From: Armatimonadota bacterium | GTDB taxonomy: Bacteria; Sysuimicrobiota; Sysuimicrobiia; Sysuimicrobiales; Humicultoraceae | DNA length: 11,724 nucleotides | Assembly: GCA_052386995.1 (NCBI GenBank) | Contig: JBQTJP010000245.1 | Span: 1 to 11,724 of the forward strand | Direction: 5' to 3' | Part shown: piece after piece, positions 1 through 7,373 of the stretch | Layout of the letters: each line of letters begins with the position of its first letter | Numbering within the stretch: position 1 is the stretch's first letter | The notes under the pieces: generated by a model | Seen by the model: the letters and a program-made list of their open reading frames with translations, nothing else | Told to the model about the DNA's origin: nothing | Databases searched by the model: none | Translations under genes and position numbers: made by a program

Positions 1-117
1 TGAGTATCCTACACCGATGTGGGCGCGTCCTGCGCGCGGCTGTTGCTGGCGCGCAACTGTCGGCGTCTGCGCGTGATAACGGGCAGGACTCAATAGGCTG
101 CGCTCGAAAACGCGAAC

Positions 118-1128
118 ATGACCCTTGAAGTGACACCGCCCGCGCACATCGATTGGGAGTCGCCCGGCAAGCGCCTGTACCCCGTGCCCTTCACGCTGGA
201 CGGCACCTGGGGGCGCGTCCGCCTCCCCCTGTGCGTGATCCGCGGCTCGAGGCCCGGCAAGACCGTCGTGGCCATCGGGGGTACGCACGGCAACGAGTAC
301 GAGGGCCCCGTGGGTCTGAAGCACCTGATCGAGGATCTGGACGCGGAGGCGCTCATCGCCGGCCGGTTGATCGTCATCCCGGTCCTCAACGTTCCCGCAT
401 TCCAAGCCGCGCGCCGCGAGTCGCCCTTGGACGGCGGCAACATGAACCGCGCGTTTCCCGGACGAGCCGACGGCACGATCACCAGCCGCATCGCACGGTT
501 TGTCAGCGACGAGGTGCTGCCGCGGGCCGACATCGTCATCGATATTCACGCCGCCGGGGATACGTACGAGATCGCGCGATGCGCGTCGTTCCACCTGGTC
601 GAGGACGGGGCGCAGCTCGCCGCCATGAAGGAGACGGCGTTCTTGTTCGGCATGCCGTGGATCTGGATCTACGCACGAGGCATGGGGACCGGCCTGCTCA
701 CCGAGTACGCGGAATCGCTGGGGAAGACCACGCTCGGCGGCGAGTTCGGCTATGGCGCGTCTACCGATCTCCAGGGCGTGCGCTGGGCCCATCGGGGCGT
801 GCTCAATGTGATGCGCCACCACGGTCTCCTCTCCGGGCGTCCGGAGCCGCTGCTTCCGCGCGAGTACGACCGCCAGCGTCTGGTGGCCTCGACCGACCTG
901 GAAACCTGGATCACCGCACCGGTGAGCGGAATCAGCGAGCCCCTGGTCCCGCTGGGCGCTCGCGTAAAGAGAGGACAGCCGGTCTCAGTGATCCACGACT
1001 TCGAGCGCATCGATAGCCGCGGGGTGGAGATCCACGCGAGCATGGACGGCTACCTGCTCGTCCGCCGCTTCCGCGCCCAGACCGCGCAGGGCGATGTCGT
1101 TGCGGTCGTTGGCCAGGAGATCACATAG
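118..1128 (+). CDS. M14-family zinc deacylase (succinylglutamate desuccinylase/aspartoacylase family), resembling the DoeB/EutE N-acetyl-diaminobutyrate deacetylase subgroup
   Basis: 336 aa ORF. Zn-binding HxxE in GGTHGNEYEG, NMNRAFPG, third ligand in DIH, candidate catalytic Glu in GGEFG. C-terminal barrel-sandwich-like segment (TAPVSG...VKRGQP...AQGD). No clear Shine-Dalgarno before the ATG at 118. Confidence 0.88.
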   Translation: MTLEVTPPAHIDWESPGKRLYPVPFTLDGTWGRVRLPLCVIRGSRPGKTVVAIGGTHGNEYEGPVGLKHLIEDLDAEALIAGRLIVIPVLNVPAFQAARRESPLDGGNMNRAFPGRADGTITSRIARFVSDEVLPRADIVIDIHAAGDTYEIARCASFHLVEDGAQLAAMKETAFLFGMPWIWIYARGMGTGLLTEYAESLGKTTLGGEFGYGASTDLQGVRWAHRGVLNVMRHHGLLSGRPEPLLPREYDRQRLVASTDLETWITAPVSGISEPLVPLGARVKRGQPVSVIHDFERIDSRGVEIHASMDGYLLVRRFRAQTAQGDVVAVVGQEIT

Positions 1129-1173
1129 CGGAGCGCATGGCGCCGGCAGAGATGTCATCATCGGGAGGAACCC

Positions 1174-2052
1174 ATGGCTGAACATAGTCACACGTCGGTG
1201 GCACGCCAGTACCGGTATGAACTGCTGACGTGGCCGGAGATCAACGAGGCGGTCGCGATGGGCAAGCCCGTCGTCCTGCCCGTTGGGTCGACGGAGCAGC
1301 ATGGCCACCATCTGCCGTTGGATACCGACGCCAAGCTGGCATCATCGGTCGCCTATGAAGCGGCCAGGCGCGCCCCGGAGGATATGCTGATCCTGCCGCC
1401 CGTGGCCTACGGCTACACGCATCACGTCATGGACTTCCCGGGGACCATCAACATCGAGCCGACCACGTTTGTGCGATTCCTGGTCGACATCGGCCGGTCG
1501 GTTGCCTATCATGGGTTCAAGCGGATCATCATCCTCAACGGCCACGGCTCCAATCATCCGCTGGTGGAGCAGGCGGGCCGGCAGACAACGCTGCAGACCG
1601 ATGCCCTCTGCCTCACGCTGAGCTGGTGGCAGCTGGTGGCCGAGTACTGGAACCGCGAAGTGCGGACCTCGGTGATCCCCGGCGGCTGCGCGCACGCCTG
1701 CGAGCTCGAGACCTCGATGTACATGCACGTGGACGGCGCCAACGTGCGCCAGGATCGCATCAAGGGAGCACCCGCGGACTACATCAATCTGCCGGGCGCA
1801 TCCCGCTGGCACTACACGGACCTCACCGCCGGCGGCGGGCCCGTCACGCTCGTCGAGTGGACATCGACGTATACCGAGACCGGGTCGTTTGGAGAGCCGC
1901 AGAAGGCGACCCCCCAGAAATGGCGGCTGGTCTTCGATCACGCCGTCACCCAGATGATCGACTTGGTCCGATGGTTTCGCAGCCGTCCCGCGCCCGCGCG
2001 GCGGCCGCGGCAGGCAACGCGGCCGGCGTTCGAGCTACCGTTTGGGTTCTAG
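1174..2052 (+). CDS. Creatininase (creatinine amidohydrolase) family protein, substrate unknown
   Basis: 292 aa ORF. Family motifs LTWPEI, LPVGSTEQHGHHLPLDTD (E/H/D metal ligands), FPGTI, NGHGSN and HACELETS. SD GGGAGG at 1163-1168. Confidence 0.92.
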   Translation: MAEHSHTSVARQYRYELLTWPEINEAVAMGKPVVLPVGSTEQHGHHLPLDTDAKLASSVAYEAARRAPEDMLILPPVAYGYTHHVMDFPGTINIEPTTFVRFLVDIGRSVAYHGFKRIIILNGHGSNHPLVEQAGRQTTLQTDALCLTLSWWQLVAEYWNREVRTSVIPGGCAHACELETSMYMHVDGANVRQDRIKGAPADYINLPGASRWHYTDLTAGGGPVTLVEWTSTYTETGSFGEPQKATPQKWRLVFDHAVTQMIDLVRWFRSRPAPARRPRQATRPAFELPFGF

Positions 2053-2119
2053 GGGCGCCTGACGGCAGGAATCGCTTTCGCCCGGGGGGAAAACGCGGCC
2101 GTCGCCGCAGGAGGGTTTC

Positions 2120-3238
2120 GTGAAGATCGTCGACGTCAAGGCCGTGTACCTCAGCCTCCCGTCTATCGCTGTCCGCGCCGACGGCACCCAGGACGCGTTG
2201 CTGGTGAAGGTGATGACGGATGCCGGCATCACGGGCATCGGCGAAGTGGACTCTTCACCGCTGGCCGCGAAAGGCGCGATCGAGGCGCCGTTCTCGAACA
2301 GCATCACCTCAGGGCTCCGCGAGGTCGTGCTGGGCGAAGACCCGTTCGCCTATGAAAAGATCTGGCACAAAATGTACCAGGCGTCCCGCTATCCCGGCCG
2401 GCGCGCGCTCTTCGTCCACGCCATGAGCGGCATCGACCTGGCGTTGTGGGACATCATGGGCAAAGCGCTGCGGATGCCCGCCTACCGGCTCCTCGGCGGG
2501 GCGTTCCGCACGACGGTGCGCGCCTATGCCAGTACGCTGTTCGGCGACAGTCTTGAGGCGACCGCCAGCCGGGCGCGCAGGTGCGTGGATCAGGGGTTCA
2601 CCGCCGTCAAGTTCGGCTGGGACCCAATGGGACGGGACGCGGATTACGATGAGGCCCTGGTGCGGGCCATCCGCGAGGCGGTCGGACCCAAAGTCGACGT
2701 GTTGATCGACGCCGGGCAGTGCTGGGATACCAAAACCGCGATCCAGATGGCGCATCGGTTCGAGCCATATCGTCCCTACTGGCTCGAAGAGCCGCTCAAT
2801 CCGGACAACCTCGAGGGGTACGCCCGCCTCTCGCAGGCAAGCCGGTTGCGGATTGCGGCCGGCGAAGCCGAGAGCGAACGGCATTCCTACCTCGACCTGA
2901 TGGATCGGGGCCTGGTCGATGTCGTCCAGATCGATCCTACCCGCGTCGGTGGTCTGACCGAGGCGAAGAAGATCGCGTACGCCGCCTACGACCGCGGGCG
3001 GTCGGTCATCAACCACTCGTTCACGACGGACATTAATATCGCGGCGTCGCTGCACATGCTGGCGTCGATCCCCGACGCGCCGTTGCTCGAGTTCTGCGTC
3101 GAAGACTCTCCGCTCCGCCAGCAGCTCGTGCGCAATCCCATCCGGGTGGTTGACGGCTACGCCGCTGTGTCGGAAGCGCCCGGCCTCGGGGTCGACATCG
3201 ATGAGGCGGTGGTCGAGCGCTATGCGGTCCGGGCCTGA
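2120..3238 (+). CDS. Mandelate racemase/muconate lactonizing enzyme family enolase (MR subgroup), probable acid dehydratase
   Basis: GTG start after AGGAGGG (2109-2115). Capping-domain motifs TDAGITGIGE and SGIDLALWDIMGK. Mg ligands in LIDAG, LEEP and AAGE. His-Asp dyad candidates in QID and NHSF. C-terminal PGLGVDID. Confidence 0.92.
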   Translation: MKIVDVKAVYLSLPSIAVRADGTQDALLVKVMTDAGITGIGEVDSSPLAAKGAIEAPFSNSITSGLREVVLGEDPFAYEKIWHKMYQASRYPGRRALFVHAMSGIDLALWDIMGKALRMPAYRLLGGAFRTTVRAYASTLFGDSLEATASRARRCVDQGFTAVKFGWDPMGRDADYDEALVRAIREAVGPKVDVLIDAGQCWDTKTAIQMAHRFEPYRPYWLEEPLNPDNLEGYARLSQASRLRIAAGEAESERHSYLDLMDRGLVDVVQIDPTRVGGLTEAKKIAYAAYDRGRSVINHSFTTDINIAASLHMLASIPDAPLLEFCVEDSPLRQQLVRNPIRVVDGYAAVSEAPGLGVDIDEAVVERYAVRA

Positions 3239-3239
3239 G

Positions 3240-4043
3240 ATGTCAGCTGAGACCTTCTCGTTCGTGCAGATCACCGACCACCATCTGGGCTCCCACGAGC
3301 ACGAGTACAATTACGGCTACGCCACCGCGCACGCGCTCGGCCGCGTCATGGACCATCTCGCGCAGTCGGGTGGCCAGGGAGCGGATTTCCTGGTCTGCAC
3401 TGGGGACCTGGTCAACCACGGAACGGTGGAGGAGTACGCGTTCGCGCGCCGTTTTCTTGGCGTCCGGGGGACGATGGCTTCGCCCGGTCCGCTCGCGATT
3501 TCTTGGGACCGCCTGCGCGACCTGCCAGCATACTTCATCCCCGGTAACCACGACATCCGCCACGTGTTCTTCAGCAGCATGTTTTCTGCGCCGGCGCCCA
3601 CGACCGCGAACGCGGCGTTCGTCCACAAGGGCGTGCAGTTTCTCTGCCTGGATTTCGGCACCGGCCAGCGCGCCGGCCAGGTGCTGCCCGATACGCTCAG
3701 CTTTCTTCGCGCGCGCCTCACGATGCGCATGCCGGCGGTGCTAATGCTCCACTACCATCCGATTGCTGTGGGAATTCCCTGGCTCGATGCCGCGGTCCCA
3801 GACCGGATCGAGGAGTTTTGGGACGTGGTCACCGCGGGCCCTGTGCTCGGCGTGCTCTTTGGTCACGCCCACGCGACCGTGGACGCCGAGGTCAGGGGCG
3901 TTCCCGTGCTGGGGCTGCGGTCGACGAACTTCCAGTTCGCGCCGGCGGAGCAGCCTCTGTACTGCCTCCTGCCCCTGCACTATCGGATCGTGACGATCTC
4001 GGGTGGCCGCCTGGCCAGCCAGATCCACGAAGTCCCGCTGTGA
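3240..4043 (+). CDS. Calcineurin-like metallophosphoesterase, CpdA/Icc (class III phosphodiesterase)-like
   Basis: All five metallophosphoesterase motifs are present: ITDHH, TGDL, PGNHD, LHYHP, FGHAH. RSTNFQF resembles the PSTCxQF motif of CpdA. Start placed at ATG 3240, 1 nt after the upstream stop, instead of 3150, which overlaps the enolase. Confidence 0.88.
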   Translation: MSAETFSFVQITDHHLGSHEHEYNYGYATAHALGRVMDHLAQSGGQGADFLVCTGDLVNHGTVEEYAFARRFLGVRGTMASPGPLAISWDRLRDLPAYFIPGNHDIRHVFFSSMFSAPAPTTANAAFVHKGVQFLCLDFGTGQRAGQVLPDTLSFLRARLTMRMPAVLMLHYHPIAVGIPWLDAAVPDRIEEFWDVVTAGPVLGVLFGHAHATVDAEVRGVPVLGLRSTNFQFAPAEQPLYCLLPLHYRIVTISGGRLASQIHEVPL

Positions 4044-4047
4044 GACC

Positions 4048-5205
4048 ATGAAGATCACCGCGATCCGCCCGCTGATTGTCCACGCGAGAATGCGCAACTG
4101 GATCTTCGTCAAAGTCGAGACCGACGACGGCCTGCTCGGGTGGGGAGAAGCCTCGCTGGAATGGAAGACCCGGGCCGTGGCCGGCGCCATCGCCGACCTC
4201 GAGCCGTTTATCGTGGGATGCGACCCGCGCCGCATCGAGCACCTGTCGCAGATCATGTACCGTCAGCCGTTCTTTCCCGGCGGCATCGTCGCGATGAGCG
4301 CGATCAGTGGCATCGAGCAGGCGTGCTGGGACATCCTCGGCAAGAGTCTGGGCGTCCCGGTGTATCAGTTGCTGGGCGGGGCGGTGCGGGACCGTGTGCG
4401 GATGTACGACCACCTGGGCGGCGGCGAGATGCAGGCGATGTACATTGACGACGCCCCAGAGATCATGGCGCGGCGGGCCCGCGATTCGGTGGCGGCAGGG
4501 TACACGGCGATCAAGATCATGGCGGTGCCGCTGACGCAGCCTCTCGACAGCGTGCCGGTGGTCAACAGCGCTGCCGCGATCATGAGCGCCGTGCGCAGGG
4601 CCGTGGGCGACGAGATCGACATCATGGTCGACTTCCACGGCCGCACGACCCCGGCAATGGGTATCGCCTATGCCGAGGCCCTGGCGCCCTTCCGGCCATT
4701 CTTCATCGAAGAGCCGGTTCCGACCGAAAACGTCGATGCGCTGGTGCAGGTTGCTCGGGCGGTGAACATCCCGGTCGCCACCGGCGAGCGGTTGGTGACG
4801 CGCTTCCAGTTTCGGGAGATCCTCGAGAAGCACGCCTGCGCCGTCATCCAGCCGGATCTCTGCCACTGTGGGGGACTGTGGGAAGCCCGCAAGATCGCGG
4901 CAATGGCCGAAGCGTATTACGTGTCCGTGGCACCGCACAACCCATTGGGACCGATCGCCACGGCCGCCTGCATCCATTTCGGGCTGGCCACGCCCAACTT
5001 CCTCATCCAGGAAGCGATCCGCGCCGACGTCCCCTGGCGGGACGCCGTGGTCACTCCGCCGCGCATCGTCGAAGGGCATGCGCTGCCGTACGCCGGGCCG
5101 GGGCTCGGGATCCAGGTCGACGAGTCTGAGGCTGCCCGGCATCCGTTTGCGCAAGAAGAGCTCATGCGGTACTGGCACCCGGACGGTTCGGTCGCGGACT
5201 GGTGA
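4048..5205 (+). CDS. dgoD: Galactonate dehydratase (DgoD)-like enolase superfamily acid-sugar dehydratase
   Basis: Motifs MKIT...WIFVKVETDDGLLGWGE, SGIEQACWDILGK, VDFHGR, FIEEP, ATGER, QPDLCHCGG, APHNPLGP and the characteristic C-terminus WHPDGSVADW. Start placed at ATG 4048, 4 nt after the upstream stop. The subfamily call is firm; the actual substrate is not. Confidence 0.8.
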   Translation: MKITAIRPLIVHARMRNWIFVKVETDDGLLGWGEASLEWKTRAVAGAIADLEPFIVGCDPRRIEHLSQIMYRQPFFPGGIVAMSAISGIEQACWDILGKSLGVPVYQLLGGAVRDRVRMYDHLGGGEMQAMYIDDAPEIMARRARDSVAAGYTAIKIMAVPLTQPLDSVPVVNSAAAIMSAVRRAVGDEIDIMVDFHGRTTPAMGIAYAEALAPFRPFFIEEPVPTENVDALVQVARAVNIPVATGERLVTRFQFREILEKHACAVIQPDLCHCGGLWEARKIAAMAEAYYVSVAPHNPLGPIATAACIHFGLATPNFLIQEAIRADVPWRDAVVTPPRIVEGHALPYAGPGLGIQVDESEAARHPFAQEELMRYWHPDGSVADW

Positions 5206-5278
5206 AGCGGCACGCAGGGGCAAGATGTAGGCAGGCGAATGCGAAGCGCACGGGCGAGTTTCAGAAGGGGGCGCTGAC

Positions 5279-6589
5279 ATGAAAGTCCAGACGCGGCAGC
5301 GGGAGCTGTACGCAGCAAGCGAACAGCACACGCCGGGCGGCGTGCACACGGCCAATCGCTACATCCCCGAGAAGATGGTGTTCACGCGGGCCGCGGGCCA
5401 ATACATGTGGGACGCCGACGGCACGCGGTACGTGGACTATCACGCGGCGTTTGGACCCTTCATCCTGGGCCACGCGCATCCCGAGGTGAACCGCCGGGTC
5501 ATTGACACGATCCAGCAGACCGACCTCTTCGGTGTGGGCACAACCGATCTCGAGGTGGCGCTGTGCGCCAAGCTCGTGCAGCATGTGCCCGCGGCAGAGG
5601 CCGTCCTGCTGTGCAACTCGGGGTCCGAAGCGACCTTCCACGCCATTCGCCTGGCCCGCGCGGTCACCGGACGCCGCTACATCCTCAAGTTCCAGGGCTG
5701 CTATCACGGATTCCACGACTCGGTCCTCCGGAACATGCTCAGCGCGCCGGAGAAGATCGGGACACGCGATCCCGGATCGACGGGGATCCTCGACGAGGTC
5801 ATCGACGCCACGCTGGTGTGCACGTTCAACGACCTCGATGATGTCGAGCGGACGATGCGGGCGCACAAGGGCAACGTCGCGGCCGTCATCCTCGAGCCCA
5901 TTCCCCACAACATCGGCTGCGTCATGCCGAAGCCGGGATTTCTCGAAGGCCTGCGGCAGCTGACGCGTGATCACGGCACGATCCTCATCTTCGATGAGGT
6001 CGTCACGGGATTCCGTCACGGGCTGGGCGGCTATCAAAAAGTCTGCGGGGTCACCCCCGATCTGGTGAGCCTGGGCAAAGCCGTGGCCAACGGGTTTCCG
6101 CTCGCGGTCCTGGGTGGCCGCAAGGACCTGATGGCCGAGTTCAACACGCGGCCCGGCGGGCCGGTCTTCTTCGCCGGGACGTACAACGGCCACGCGGTGG
6201 GTGTCGCGGCGGCCCTGGCCACGATCGACGTCATGGAACGCGAGCCCGTGCACGCACACGTTTTCGGTCTGGGCGACCGCATGCGGCGCGGGCTACACGA
6301 CATCCATCAACGCCTGGGGATTCCGGCGACGGTCGCCGGGTTTGGATCGATCTTCCTGACCTACTTCATGGAGGGCCCGGTCGAGAACTACACTGATCTG
6401 ATGCGTAACGACGTCGCGCGCTTTCTCGACTACCGGCGGCGCCTGATGTCGCGCGGGGTCTTCAAGATTCCGATGAACCTCAAGCGGGCACACATCAGCT
6501 ACGCGCACACCAACGCGGATATCGACACGACACTGCAGGCGGCGGAAGATGTGCTCACCGAGATGGGCACAAGAACAATGAAGAAATGA
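5279..6589 (+). CDS. Class III PLP-dependent aminotransferase, glutamate-1-semialdehyde aminomutase-like (probably not true HemL)
   Basis: 436 aa. Motifs WDADGTRYVDY, NSGSEAT, KFQGCYHG, LIFDEVVTGFR, PLP lysine in SLGKAVANG, and AGTYNG. Purine-rich SD-like GAAGGGGG at 5264-5271. Confidence 0.9.
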   Translation: MKVQTRQRELYAASEQHTPGGVHTANRYIPEKMVFTRAAGQYMWDADGTRYVDYHAAFGPFILGHAHPEVNRRVIDTIQQTDLFGVGTTDLEVALCAKLVQHVPAAEAVLLCNSGSEATFHAIRLARAVTGRRYILKFQGCYHGFHDSVLRNMLSAPEKIGTRDPGSTGILDEVIDATLVCTFNDLDDVERTMRAHKGNVAAVILEPIPHNIGCVMPKPGFLEGLRQLTRDHGTILIFDEVVTGFRHGLGGYQKVCGVTPDLVSLGKAVANGFPLAVLGGRKDLMAEFNTRPGGPVFFAGTYNGHAVGVAAALATIDVMEREPVHAHVFGLGDRMRRGLHDIHQRLGIPATVAGFGSIFLTYFMEGPVENYTDLMRNDVARFLDYRRRLMSRGVFKIPMNLKRAHISYAHTNADIDTTLQAAEDVLTEMGTRTMKK

Positions 6590-7290
6590 ATCGTGAGTAC
6601 CATCACTGGATCAGCCCAAATCTCGGCCGGTCAATGGAGACGCTGGTCTTTGGGCACGCCGGCGCGCCCGTCCTGGTCTTCCCGACCACCATGGGGCGCT
6701 TCTACCAGTACGAGGACTTCGGCATGGTCGGAGCGCTGGAGGACAAGATCGAGCAGGGCCTGATTCACCTCTACTGTCTCGACAGCGTCGACGCGGAATC
6801 CTGGTACAACCGCGCGGTGCCGCCGCGTCAGCGGGTGCTGCGGCACCTCGACTACGAGCGCTACATCATCGACGAATACCTGCCGTTCATTCGGGGTCGC
6901 ACCTCCGACCCGCTGCTGGTAACGGGAACGTCGTTTGGAGCCTTTCATGCCGTCAACTTTTCCTTCCGGCACCCGACCCTGGTGACGAAGGTGGTGGCGC
7001 TCTCGGGACGCTACGACACCAAAGCCTTCATGGATGGGTACTACGACGACGACGTGTACTTCAACTGCCCCGTGAACTACCTTCCGAACCTGACCGACGC
7101 CGCCTTTCTTGAGCCCCTGCGGCGCATGCGTATTGTCCTGCTCTCCGGCGAACACGACATTGCGCTCTCATCCACCCGCCTCATCTCCGAGCTGCTGGCG
7201 GCGAAGGCGGTCCCCCATGAGCTGGCAACCTGGTGGGGCCGCACCCACGATTGGCCCCTCTGGAGAGAAGCGATTACACACTACCTATGA
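6586..7290 (+). CDS. Putative esterase (alpha/beta hydrolase fold)
   Basis: 234 aa. Nucleophile elbow GTSFG (GxSxG), candidate Asp in GEHD and His in THDWPLW. N-terminal SPNLGRSMETLVFGHAG is typical of the putative-esterase family. ATGA overlap with the upstream stop (6586-6589). Confidence 0.88.
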   Translation: MNREYHHWISPNLGRSMETLVFGHAGAPVLVFPTTMGRFYQYEDFGMVGALEDKIEQGLIHLYCLDSVDAESWYNRAVPPRQRVLRHLDYERYIIDEYLPFIRGRTSDPLLVTGTSFGAFHAVNFSFRHPTLVTKVVALSGRYDTKAFMDGYYDDDVYFNCPVNYLPNLTDAAFLEPLRRMRIVLLSGEHDIALSSTRLISELLAAKAVPHELATWWGRTHDWPLWREAITHYL

Positions 7291-7373
7291 CGCCGGCACA
7301 GCAGGAGTCACACCTAGCCCGGCCAAATTGAGGACAACTCCCGCACGCTACAGGACATCCAAGGAGCCAAGAG

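Noticed and set aside
1..117. Promoter or upstream gene end before the deacylase
   Set aside because: TAnnnT-like hexamers exist (TATCCT 5-10, TAGGCT 94-99), but no well-spaced -35 or sigma54 motif is visible, and no frame gives a recognisable protein tail.
1174..2052. Mycofactocin peptidase MftE (creatininase family)
   Set aside because: No mftA precursor, RRE protein or radical SAM gene in the window.
2054..2106. Imperfect stem-loop between the creatininase and enolase 1 genes (GACGGC 2061-2066 / GCCGTC 2098-2103)
   Set aside because: Short GC stem with an irregular interior, no U-tract and no riboswitch consensus that I recognise. Expected by chance at this GC content.
3892..5355. 487 aa minus-strand ORF, and similar antisense ORFs at 1342-1941, 2309-3310, 5261-6259, 6631-7155 and 7500-8072
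   Set aside because: Each lies antisense to a gene with clear family motifs and has no recognisable motifs of its own. These are typical shadow ORFs of GC-rich coding DNA.
118..6589. Canonical ectoine (doe/eut), creatinine or galactonate (dgo) utilisation operon, or heme biosynthesis
   Set aside because: The key partners (DoeA/EutD, creatinase/sarcosine oxidase, DgoK/DgoA, other hem genes) are absent from the window.
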